Source of the DNA: a virus
Taxonomy: Duplodnaviria > Caudoviricetes
Length of the DNA stretch: 52,688 bases
Reading direction: 5' to 3' (one strand)
IMG/VR virus record: IMGVR_UViG_3300034123_000003
Coordinates: 1-52,688 of that record
Shown here: positions 26,904 to 35,178 of the stretch, piece by piece
Layout of the letters: the number at the start of each line of letters is the position of its first letter
How positions within the stretch are numbered: the stretch's first letter is position 1
Translations under genes and position numbers: made by a program
The notes under the pieces: generated by a model
The model's database searches: none
Told to the model about the DNA's origin: nothing
Seen by the model: the letters and a program-made list of their open reading frames with translations, nothing else

Positions 26904-27394
26904 GGAATACACTCCCAAAGATCGTCACCGTACTCGGCGATCAGATGTTGTGCTGTTTCGTTGCGGAGGATGTTTGCGGATTCATCTGGAAATAGCCTAC
27001 TCCTCAGTTGCTGGATTTCAACAGCGATATTTTCCTCAACCTTGGCCCAGTATCGCCGCTCTTTCGGTAGCACCGCCTGAGCCATGATTGCCAGCCCGTG
27101 ACGGTGTTCCTGCCGCTCCAACTTATCCGTATCCCGCTTTCTCTTCTCCCAATCCGGGTTACGATTGAATCCGTTCAGGGCAAGGTCACGTACCCGCAAC
27201 CCCATCGCCGAAAGTATCTCGTCTCGACTGCACCCTGCAAAACATTTCATCACCACCCAGCCGTCTTCCGATTCGCCGATACTCAGGCTTCGGTTACGGT
27301 CTGCGTGCGAGTGAAGTCCGGTAGGGCAACGACACTGCCAGTGTCTACCGGACTTCTTTCCGTGCAGTTGATGAGCGATCTCCGATGCTGTCAC
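26900..27394 (-). CDS. Primase-type zinc-binding domain protein
   Basis: WQCRCP..H.D.NRSLSI......VMKCFAGC. Confidence 0.75.
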   Translation of the reverse strand: MTASEIAHQLHGKKSGRHWQCRCPTGLHSHADRNRSLSIGESEDGWVVMKCFAGCSRDEILSAMGLRVRDLALNGFNRNPDWEKRKRDTDKLERQEHRHGLAIMAQAVLPKERRYWAKVEENIAVEIQQLRSRLFPDESANILRNETAQHLIAEYGDDLWECIP

Positions 27395-27675
27395 AGGCTA
27401 AACGACCCTACATCTGGCAGGTTTTGATTCTCCTCGCACCCCTTGACTGGAGGGTGTGCGTAGCTGAGGCCCTTGCTGTTTCCGTTGTAGCAGCCACAGA
27501 GGCAACCCGGAGACTTGCACCCCCCCCTCTTATGGCTACCATCCCAACACTCCCGGCAAAACGGCAACCCGGTTACAGGGTCTTTCTGTGTCGGTAGATC
27601 GCAGCCGTTTACGTCTTGCGGCCACACCTGACACTTCGCTTTGGTGTAATCGAACTTCCTCGTTTCATTTTTCAT
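27391..27675 (-). CDS. Cys-rich hypothetical protein
   Basis: Coupled to helicase stop. Confidence 0.6.
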   Translation of the reverse strand: MKNETRKFDYTKAKCQVWPQDVNGCDLPTQKDPVTGLPFCRECWDGSHKRGGCKSPGCLCGCYNGNSKGLSYAHPPVKGCEENQNLPDVGSFSL

Positions 27676-29315
27676 GCCTGCATCCTCCGTTTCATCATTG
27701 CTTGGTCGATTGCGTTAGACACTTGGCCCTTAGTGCAGCCCTGTGGCACTGTGATTTTCAGGTGGCGGCACATTCCCAACTGGGCAGGCGTAGGTGAGTC
27801 CTGCTTCCATCTGGCATCCCGCACCAGATAGCCCTTCACTCCCCCTGAGTCGAGGATGAACTTATCGGCGGCATTGAACGCTCCCGGTAGGTTTTGTGCG
27901 CTGATCTCGGCTTGCTTATCGCCAATTCGTCCCCTCACTATCCAATCACCTCTCAAGTCCTGTGCCACGGTTACTAGGTCACGGTTCACAGCCAGGATGT
28001 ATCCTTCCGTGCTCTTGCGCCACGCCAACTCGGATAGCTTGCTGATCTCTGGCGGGTAACTGACGGTGAAGAGTTTGAAGTTCTCGGCGATGGACTTCAG
28101 ATCGTCGAGCCGCTTTATGTCCTGAATGTTTGCCGTGGGGTACTCGGAGGCGATTCGGTCCAGTTGCTTCTTCGCTACAGAATACTTCTCGCCCTTAAGG
28201 TCAAGGTCTTTCGGGAAACCGAGCAGGGTCGAGATGGTGGTCAACTTGTGCTTTGACGAGTTATCCACCACATCGAGAATGATGCAAGATTCCTTTCCTT
28301 CGGCGATCCTTGTTCCACGTCCTATCTGCTGGACATAGCGCAACTCAGACTTGGTGGGAGCCGCTGAGATGATGCAGCCGATTTTCGGGTCATCGTAGCC
28401 GATGGCGAGAACGTTGCAGTTGCAGAGAACGTTGAACTCGCCCGTCTTGTGTCTGCGAATCTTCTCGTGCCGGTCGGGGTCGTCTCCCCAGACTGCTTCT
28501 GCGGGCTCTCCGTGGGCCGTGAACGCTGCCGCAAGGTCGAGGGCGTGCTGCACGTCCACCGTGAATGCCAGCGTCCTCTTGCCGTATGCCACCTTGTACC
28601 ACTCCTTGACGATGATCCCGTTCCGCTCCGGGGTGTTCACTTCGTCGGAAAGTTCATCTTGTGCGAAGTCTCCAGCCCGCGTCTTGATCCCGTCCAGTTT
28701 CGCCTTTCCGTTGACCCGGTATCCGATCAGGTCACAGAGCCATCCATCGGCTATTCCCTTCTGGATGCCCATGTCGAATACGATCATGTCGAATAGTTCC
28801 CGAAGCCCTTTTCCGTCAGAACGGTTCGGCGTAGCGGTGATGCCGAGAAACAAAGGTCCGTCAGGGTTGGGGGTCAATAGGCCGAAGTGGTCATAGACTC
28901 GCTTGAAAGAGTCAGCCATGCCGATATGTGCTTCATCTTGGATGATGCAGTCGTAGTCGGCTGGGTCGAATCGCTTGATGCGGTCTGAACCCTTGCGGCC
29001 TAGAGTCGGCACGGAAGCCACGATGAACGTAGGCGGGTACAATCCGTCGAAGTCCACATAGCTCCCGGCCATCTCTACCCCGGTACGGAGAGTGGGGTTC
29101 CACTTCAGCATCGCATTCGCCGCCTGCACTGCCAGCGTTTCCATGTGAACGAGGAACAGACACTTTCTCCCCATCCCATGATGAGAGTGCAGGGACGATG
29201 CGATTGCCGTCTTTCCTAGCCCTGTGGCAAGCACGGCAAGTTGCCGGTTGATGCCGTTCCGATAGCTTTCTAGGCTTCGGTCGAGGCAGTCGATTTGATA
29301 TGGCCTGAGTTCCAC
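27672..29315 (-). CDS. Superfamily 2 DEAH helicase (ResIII/Irc3-like)
   Basis: LRPYQ, LATGLGKT, IQDEAH, ITATP, QQIGRGTR. Confidence 0.95.
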   Translation of the reverse strand: MELRPYQIDCLDRSLESYRNGINRQLAVLATGLGKTAIASSLHSHHGMGRKCLFLVHMETLAVQAANAMLKWNPTLRTGVEMAGSYVDFDGLYPPTFIVASVPTLGRKGSDRIKRFDPADYDCIIQDEAHIGMADSFKRVYDHFGLLTPNPDGPLFLGITATPNRSDGKGLRELFDMIVFDMGIQKGIADGWLCDLIGYRVNGKAKLDGIKTRAGDFAQDELSDEVNTPERNGIIVKEWYKVAYGKRTLAFTVDVQHALDLAAAFTAHGEPAEAVWGDDPDRHEKIRRHKTGEFNVLCNCNVLAIGYDDPKIGCIISAAPTKSELRYVQQIGRGTRIAEGKESCIILDVVDNSSKHKLTTISTLLGFPKDLDLKGEKYSVAKKQLDRIASEYPTANIQDIKRLDDLKSIAENFKLFTVSYPPEISKLSELAWRKSTEGYILAVNRDLVTVAQDLRGDWIVRGRIGDKQAEISAQNLPGAFNAADKFILDSGGVKGYLVRDARWKQDSPTPAQLGMCRHLKITVPQGCTKGQVSNAIDQAMMKRRMQA

Positions 29316-29318
29316 TGA

Positions 29319-30074
29319 CTACCTCTTGTCGATTGGAGTCTTATCTTCCCAGACCCGGATTGATCCTTCGCCGCAGATTGTCGCCGCCGCCATCTTGTTA
29401 CCGCGAACGGTGGCATTGATGCCGATCTCGTTGACCTTGATAAACTCATGCTTCAGTTTCGTCCAGTCCACCAATTCCCACTTCCAGACCGACCGGAAAG
29501 ATGTTCCCTGAATCGGCGGGACGAATGACGGAAGTACCACGGCGGGAGCCTCGACCACCAACGCCTCTTCGAGCACCTGGGCAGCGGCTTGCTTGTCGCC
29601 CTGCTCTTCGAGTTGGCGTGACTCTTCGAGGAGTCTTGCTTGTTCGGCGAGACGTGCCGTTTCCTGAGCCGCTAGGGTGGCTGCACGGCGTAGACGCTCC
29701 TGCTCCTGATACCACGCACTCCGCTCCCCGTTGAGGCGCTTGCGCTCGTTCTCTGCGTCTCCGGTGTACTGAGTCCTGAGTCCGGTAGCTGCCTTGTGCG
29801 CCTTATTGAATGCTTCTACCACGGGGTCGATGACGGCCTTGATCTCATCGACGGTATCCCGAAGAAGTTTGCAGGACTCGTCGGCGTTGCGGTAGGCAAC
29901 GTCTTCGGGGTCGTTGAACTTGACGGTGATTTCCTTGGCTTGAGCTACCAGAGCATCACAGATAGCACGTTGGCAGGTCAGTTCAGGGATAGCGGCGAAC
30001 AATTGCTCAAGACTCGCCTTTATGTCGGTCTGTAGAGCGGTAGCTTGTTCGATGACGGTCAGTGCGGTGGCCAT
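29319..30074 (-). CDS. Coiled-coil protein of the recombination module
   Basis: Long helical E/A/R stretch; conserved-looking C-terminal W.W...D..K...EF. Confidence 0.6.
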   Translation of the reverse strand: MATALTVIEQATALQTDIKASLEQLFAAIPELTCQRAICDALVAQAKEITVKFNDPEDVAYRNADESCKLLRDTVDEIKAVIDPVVEAFNKAHKAATGLRTQYTGDAENERKRLNGERSAWYQEQERLRRAATLAAQETARLAEQARLLEESRQLEEQGDKQAAAQVLEEALVVEAPAVVLPSFVPPIQGTSFRSVWKWELVDWTKLKHEFIKVNEIGINATVRGNKMAAATICGEGSIRVWEDKTPIDKR

Positions 30075-30076
30075 GA

Positions 30077-30763
30077 TTATCCTTTCAAGAGCTTGTTGTT
30101 GATTCGATATTGTGTGAGCATGAGAGCCGCGACAAACACCTTTTCGTCGAGTCTGTCGGTGTGCTCTTCACAGCGGTAGTAGCGGCCTGATGCGTTTGGC
30201 TTGTCGAGCAAGTAGACTCCGTAACGCTTCAGTGGAACCGAACCGTCTCCCCGGAAGACAACCGCTTGCCCTGCCGTCTGGATTTGGTGGCTTGGCATGT
30301 GATCGCAGCACGTCTTGATCTCTACGACTGCCGGGATTCCTTTACCGGCCACCACGTCCTCTTTGGTTCCCATCACGCCGAATCGGTCGATGGTCATGGC
30401 GTAAAGCATTCCGTTCAGCTTGACGGCGCACGGCACCTCGCACCAGTTCAAGTCCGGGGTAAAGTGAAAGTCTTCTAAAAATTGAAGCCACCCTGTGATC
30501 CGTGGACCGTACTTCGGATGCTTCTTCAACTGGTCCAAGTCTTCCGGGTCAAGTTCGTTCTGGTCGTGCCATTTGGTGTACTCGTGGACTTTGGTTCCGA
30601 AAACGCCCTTCGCCGCCAGAACGTCCGGTTGCACCATCGAGTAATCGACCAAACCGCTTGCGTCGAGTATCTGCGTCAGAGAGATGAGGCGCTGGCCGTT
30701 GAGTGTGTACCGATGGCCCTCTTCAACGAAGGTAAGGCCGTCTTCTTCCCTAAAGAACTCCAT
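30077..30763 (-). CDS. PD-(D/E)xK exonuclease (own ATG at 30763; also the C-terminal part of read-through ORF 30077-31168)
   Basis: FVEEGHRY, SLTQIL, GTKVH, YAMTIDR, VEIKT, QTAGQ. Confidence 0.8.
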   Translation of the reverse strand: MEFFREEDGLTFVEEGHRYTLNGQRLISLTQILDASGLVDYSMVQPDVLAAKGVFGTKVHEYTKWHDQNELDPEDLDQLKKHPKYGPRITGWLQFLEDFHFTPDLNWCEVPCAVKLNGMLYAMTIDRFGVMGTKEDVVAGKGIPAVVEIKTCCDHMPSHQIQTAGQAVVFRGDGSVPLKRYGVYLLDKPNASGRYYRCEEHTDRLDEKVFVAALMLTQYRINNKLLKG

Positions 30764-31168
30764 CACTGCCCCCTTGCTAGGAGCATCGCGTCGGCTACTT
30801 TGTAGCAATCCACACACATCTTCGCCACGCTGATAGATTTCACTTTTCTCGGCGGATATGGGACCGTTGACATGAAGGCGTTCATCGCCGCTATTGCTAT
30901 CTCGTCCCGCAACGTCTTGTATGTTGCTCCCTCGTGATCCATTTACTTCCTCCGGTGGGTCTTCAATGCGCGTGTAAGGGTACTTTCCCTTCACGACTTT
31001 TGTGTAATAACTGTAGGCGAATGGAACACGCTTCAGTGACTCGAAGACGTTCTCCGGTACGCCCCGGTGTTCGCCATTCCCCTTCCTGAAGCGAACGCCA
31101 AGAACCCCATCCTCATAACCCACGGCGAGTAGTTGATGATTCTTGTCGTTCACTCCGAAGAATTTCAT
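30077..31168 (-). CDS. KTSC domain whose frame stays open into the downstream nuclease
   Basis: LAVGYE..LGVRF..G....GVPENVFESL...FAYSYY..VKGKYPY is KTSC-like; no stop before the nuclease. Confidence 0.65.
   Translation of the reverse strand: MKFFGVNDKNHQLLAVGYEDGVLGVRFRKGNGEHRGVPENVFESLKRVPFAYSYYTKVVKGKYPYTRIEDPPEEVNGSRGSNIQDVAGRDSNSGDERLHVNGPISAEKSEIYQRGEDVCGLLQSSRRDAPSKGAVMEFFREEDGLTFVEEGHRYTLNGQRLISLTQILDASGLVDYSMVQPDVLAAKGVFGTKVHEYTKWHDQNELDPEDLDQLKKHPKYGPRITGWLQFLEDFHFTPDLNWCEVPCAVKLNGMLYAMTIDRFGVMGTKEDVVAGKGIPAVVEIKTCCDHMPSHQIQTAGQAVVFRGDGSVPLKRYGVYLLDKPNASGRYYRCEEHTDRLDEKVFVAALMLTQYRINNKLLKG
30763..30942 (-). CDS. 59-aa conserved small phage protein (TLRDEIAIAAM...CYKVADAMLLAR) nested in an alternative frame
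   Basis: ggagg RBS; TGATG coupling to the nuclease; matches the widespread LRD..A..AM / Y..ADAML.AR pattern. Confidence 0.75.
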   Translation of the reverse strand: MDHEGATYKTLRDEIAIAAMNAFMSTVPYPPRKVKSISVAKMCVDCYKVADAMLLARGQ

Positions 31169-31171
31169 AGC

Positions 31172-31429
31172 CTAGACCTCCGGTTCGATCTTGGTGTAGG
31201 GGTAGAGTTCGGGGTGCTTCTTGATATTCTCGCCGAAGAACTGTCCGTGACTGACTGCCGCAATCAGAGCGTTAAAAAGGTCATAGTCCACGTTGGCGTA
31301 GTGGTACTCGCTTCCCGGCTGACCGGCTTCCTTCTGCTTCTTGTTGGGGAGAAACTTAACTCCGAGAGTGTTGGGTGTCTCAAACCCAACTTCGGCGATC
31401 TGCGATGATTCGACTGCGGTCCATTCCAT
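31172..31429 (-). CDS. KTSC domain protein
   Basis: VESSQIAEVGF..LGVKF..YHYANV..LFNALIAAVSHGQFF..NIK. Confidence 0.9.
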   Translation of the reverse strand: MEWTAVESSQIAEVGFETPNTLGVKFLPNKKQKEAGQPGSEYHYANVDYDLFNALIAAVSHGQFFGENIKKHPELYPYTKIEPEV

Positions 31430-31434
31430 GATGG

Positions 31435-32361
31435 TCAGTCCTTCCGTGTGTGGAATTTGAAGTTGGGATCGACGGCATCCAGAACGTCTTGAAATCGGCC
31501 CTTCGGTATGTCGTCACGGTGGCAGGTCAAGCCGATTCCTGCCAAAGTGTCCTTCACGTCCTGATCGCTCAAATTCGCCGAGCGGCTGATAGCGAACAGC
31601 ATCTTGCGCTGCTTCTCGGTGATCGCTGGTTCGCCGCCCATGACCTGCCCCTGCGGTGCCGATTTCTGAGCCTGTGGGGAGAATGGTGAGGCTTCTGCGG
31701 TTCGGTCGATGGTCTGGGCCTGTTTCTGGCTGCGGGGCCGTATATCGGGTTCGCCCTGGTCGTGCGATATTGCACTAGGTTCGGCATCTCTCTGGACCGC
31801 CTGAGTGCTGTTCGCCACACCAGCAGCAGGAGTAGAAGGGTTTGGCGCTTGCCAGTTGTTCCCCTGTGGCTCTGATGCCACTCCTTGCTGCCGGAGAGTG
31901 TCCACTTCTGTCTCGTCGAGCATTCCAAGGCCGCAGAGCGAAAGCGTTACCCGGCGCTTGGCCTTCGTCTCAGCCTTCATCATGGCATTGGCAAGGTTCT
32001 CACCCTTGAGGCCGCTCAGGTTGACAGCGCCAGTCGATGAATCCACCCGTCCGTCGCGGTCTGAGGCCGAAGCAACCACCACAAGCAAATCCCCTATCTG
32101 CTTCGGGTCGACGCTCGTGATAGATACTCCGTGGATTTTGCGAAGTTGTTCTGTGCAGTCCTTCTTCGCGTAAAGCTGGAGATTGCTGTTCAAGACGATG
32201 TATTGGAAGGGTTGAGTGAGCGGGTTCAAGCCGAGAGACTGGCACAGGTGGTTGTAGTAGTTGAGCCTGTCGTCTGGGGTGAGTTTCGCCAAGTCGCCGC
32301 CGATCAACACTTGTTCGATGTTGGTAGACAGTGGACCGCGTGTTGCGAGTGCTTCTGACAT
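31435..32361 (-). CDS. Single-strand annealing protein (Rad52/RecT/Bet superfamily)
   Basis: GLNPL, NAMMKAETKAKRR..LSLCGLG..DETEV; disordered linker and C-terminal ITEKQ domain; next to exonuclease. Confidence 0.75.
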   Translation of the reverse strand: MSEALATRGPLSTNIEQVLIGGDLAKLTPDDRLNYYNHLCQSLGLNPLTQPFQYIVLNSNLQLYAKKDCTEQLRKIHGVSITSVDPKQIGDLLVVVASASDRDGRVDSSTGAVNLSGLKGENLANAMMKAETKAKRRVTLSLCGLGMLDETEVDTLRQQGVASEPQGNNWQAPNPSTPAAGVANSTQAVQRDAEPSAISHDQGEPDIRPRSQKQAQTIDRTAEASPFSPQAQKSAPQGQVMGGEPAITEKQRKMLFAISRSANLSDQDVKDTLAGIGLTCHRDDIPKGRFQDVLDAVDPNFKFHTRKD

Positions 32362-32521
32362 GGTTCCTCTTTTCCTTTGAAGTGTTGCGCGGCGGGGATA
32401 GTACGCCGTCCAAGGTGCCCATCCCCGCTCACATTCCATACCGTTGCCCGTTTATCGTGCTCATCGCATCCATGTACGGGCGCATCTTCGGTGGCGGTGT
32501 TCTGCACGGTAGGGAATCTTG

Positions 32522-32734
32522 TTAGAACTCGCCGAGTCTCTTGTCAGCTTCTGCCATCGTCTCCGTCTGGAGAAACTGACCTTCGATGATGCGGTGCTCG
32601 TTCTTTGGTTCCGAGTCCTGAGACTCTGCAATCTCCTTGGCGTTCTCGGCTATGCGCTTTTCGATGTAGACTCCATCTGCACGCCACGGATACTTCTCGC
32701 TGACCCGATGAATCAAAACGTAGATGTTTGCCAT
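32522..32734 (-). CDS. Hypothetical protein
   Basis: Start MANIY downstream of a promoter. Confidence 0.55.
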   Translation of the reverse strand: MANIYVLIHRVSEKYPWRADGVYIEKRIAENAKEIAESQDSEPKNEHRIIEGQFLQTETMAEADKRLGEF

Positions 32735-32758
32735 TTGCCTTATTTCCTCTCTTGACAA

Positions 32759-32787
32759 ATGCTACTATGATACGGATTGCGTGTCAA
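32759..32787 (-). promoter_or_regulatory. Sigma70-like promoter of the recombination/replication operon
   Basis: TTGACA-N17-TAGCAT on the minus strand; lies within inverted cttgaca...tgtcaag. Confidence 0.65.
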
Positions 32788-32790
32788 GGG

Positions 32791-33141
32791 TTATTTGCAT
32801 TTTGTTGTGGAAATCTTCGGTTCGCCTTTGAGTACAGCTTCTGGAACCAATCTCCACCACGTACCACGCTGGTATTGATCTTCGACGAATGCGGTCAATT
32901 CTTTTCCTCGGAGTCCGTTCTTCCGTCCAGCTTTGGCGACGAAGTAGCGAGGAAGAGAGCCTTCTTCTCGGAGTTCCGGGTGCATCTCGAAAACCGCATG
33001 AGCGGCTTCCATTGTCCAGGTCTCAAGGTGCCTCTTTTGATCCGAGTTCAAGAAACCTCGGCTAAGGTGAGAGTTCATTCTCTCGACGGCTCTTTCAATC
33101 CTCTCTTCAGGTGTGGTTAGTGTCCGATCTGAAAATCTCAT
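32791..33141 (-). CDS. Hypothetical protein
   Basis: 116-aa ORF with gagg RBS. Confidence 0.55.
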   Translation of the reverse strand: MRFSDRTLTTPEERIERAVERMNSHLSRGFLNSDQKRHLETWTMEAAHAVFEMHPELREEGSLPRYFVAKAGRKNGLRGKELTAFVEDQYQRGTWWRLVPEAVLKGEPKISTTKCK

Positions 33142-33890
33142 CTCATCCTCGACGTTCTTTGGTAATCCGTTTTTGGGTATAGTTCTCCCGTTTTAGTGGC
33201 GCTTTTCCTTTTTCCAGTACCCCATCCAGTTTTGCTTTTTGCGGCTGGACCTCGTATTGGGTCCACAACTCAGTTAGAGCCCTATAGACCGCATTACGCC
33301 AACACTTACCTCTGGAACCTTGATGGATTCCGTCCCGGTGGTTCCCGGAGTCCAAAGAGACGTTAGACGTTCTCCTGAGATTTTTCCGGTATCAATTTTG
33401 CGCCTGTTCACCTGGGTGCCGGTCGCCCGACAGGTATGCCCCCAAAACGACCCCGTTCCGATTCGAGCCGGTACAGCTCTCGCCGATGCGGGAAGGCAAA
33501 GCCTTTGAAAAAGAGATTTAGATGGGATGCTGCAAGAAAGAGCCAAGACGCGAAAGTGCGATCTAAGAATCGCCGGATTGTGAAGAGTGTGTTTCGTACT
33601 CGACCTCTTGGCATCTATAGGCTTGCACGGATTTGGGTTTTGTGTCAACATATCAATGTGGGGGTGCTCCTACCCTCGATGGTTTCGTGGCTCCTTCTTG
33701 GCAGTTGTAGCCTTGGGATCATCCCCCGATATTTCCTCTCGTGGTACTCTCGACCCTCGGTTTTGCCTCCGGGGGTCGAGGTGTTTTTGGCGGGAACATC
33801 AACTACGAGGATTATTGGCAGGCATCCGACGGTCTAGAACCTTTCATTCCTGAGAGGCCATTGCGGATGGGTTACGGTGGGATGTGAAAA

Positions 33891-34139
33891 TCAGTAACCG
33901 AGCAACCGAAGAGCGTACTCTGATTCGTCGATCTCTTTCTTGCAGCGCTCGATTTTATTCGTTAGTCTGGTTCTAAGTGCCAGTTTTGCTTCATAGAGCG
34001 ATGGAAACCACCGAGAGTATTCGGAAGACTTCTTTTCTCTCCTACCGCTCGGCTTGAAGAGAAAAGATTCGGTATCCCGAACAAACTCTTCTTGGTTGAT
34101 CTCGTTGGACCATTTTTGTACTTCGTACCAAATAGTCAT
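33891..34139 (-). CDS. Hypothetical protein
   Basis: ATGA-coupled to the ParB-like gene. Confidence 0.65.
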   Translation of the reverse strand: MTIWYEVQKWSNEINQEEFVRDTESFLFKPSGRREKKSSEYSRWFPSLYEAKLALRTRLTNKIERCKKEIDESEYALRLLGY

Positions 34140-34909
34140 AAACCCCTCGCTTTCAGGTACGATCTGGCTGCTGCAATCACCTTGTCAATCGACTGGTCTT
34201 CATCGACGACCATGCGGGCCAGCTTGTCAGCCAAGTCGAGAACGCTTGACGATGGCGCGGCGGGTTGCTTTGCAGTCTTGCCGGTTTCCTTCTGAATGTC
34301 GGCAGGGGTGATCTTGCCTTTCTCGGCTGCAACTTTGGCGAGGTTGGTCTGATGCTCTTTGGAGAGCTTCGCCACGGCCTTAGCTGCCGGTCCCTTGATC
34401 TTTCCGGCGCGGATCTGCGCTTCCACTTCAGGCGTGGCTTCGATGAGCGCAAGACGGCCTTTGACCCATGCGACGGATGCGCGGTAGGAGTCGGCTGCTT
34501 CTTCGACGGTCATCTGGTACACGTTGATGAGCCGCTGGAGGTTGTAGGCGTCATCCATCGGCGTTGTGGCATTCCTGACTCGGTTCTCTTCGATGTTGGC
34601 GAGAAACGCCTGCTTCTCTGTCAGTTGAGTGTAGGAGCAGCGCAACTCAAGCAACTTGGGAAGGAGCTTGTCTTTGTTGATCTTGCTCACGGCACGCCAG
34701 CGGGAGAACCCAGCCACTAGGACCGGCTGACCAGCGGTGCGGCGAATGGTGACGGGCTGAAGTTGCCCATGCTTGATGATCGAATCGACGATCCACTGAA
34801 TATCGGGTAGGTCGTGCCTTCCGTTCATCTCCGGCTGTACGTCAAGCTGTTCAGGCAGGAACCTGTATTCGCTTGTCCTGCTTCCCTTTACATCAAATTC
34901 AACGGCCAT
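34136..34909 (-). CDS. ParB/Spo0J-like protein
   Basis: SIIKHGQLQPVTIR..LVAGFSRWRA..NIEENRVR..TPMDDA..HTH. Confidence 0.88.
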   Translation of the reverse strand: MAVEFDVKGSRTSEYRFLPEQLDVQPEMNGRHDLPDIQWIVDSIIKHGQLQPVTIRRTAGQPVLVAGFSRWRAVSKINKDKLLPKLLELRCSYTQLTEKQAFLANIEENRVRNATTPMDDAYNLQRLINVYQMTVEEAADSYRASVAWVKGRLALIEATPEVEAQIRAGKIKGPAAKAVAKLSKEHQTNLAKVAAEKGKITPADIQKETGKTAKQPAAPSSSVLDLADKLARMVVDEDQSIDKVIAAARSYLKARGL

Positions 34910-34961
34910 TGGTGTCCTCTTTCGTAGTGTGATGTTGCACCAAAAACTTGCGTTTACCCCC

Positions 34962-35168
34962 TCATAATGCTTGTTCGGGAGAAACTTTCCAATCCGATTT
35001 CAGCCGATCAACTTCAGCCCACGGGACGCGGTAATCTCGACCGTTTTCTCCGCCGAGTCGATAGGCTTTAATTCGTCCTGTTTTTATCCAATTCTTGACC
35101 GTGCCAGGAGAGCAGGAGAACTCCTTTGCTACCTCTGGCACGGTGTAGTCGCTTCGCTTGTCGGTCAT
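34962..35168 (-). CDS. Excisionase-like HTH (HTH_17) DNA-binding protein
   Basis: YTVPEVA..FSCS..TVKNWIKTGRIKAYRLG..YRV. Confidence 0.85.
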   Translation of the reverse strand: MTDKRSDYTVPEVAKEFSCSPGTVKNWIKTGRIKAYRLGGENGRDYRVPWAEVDRLKSDWKVSPEQAL

Positions 35169-35178
35169 TGTTTCCTTT

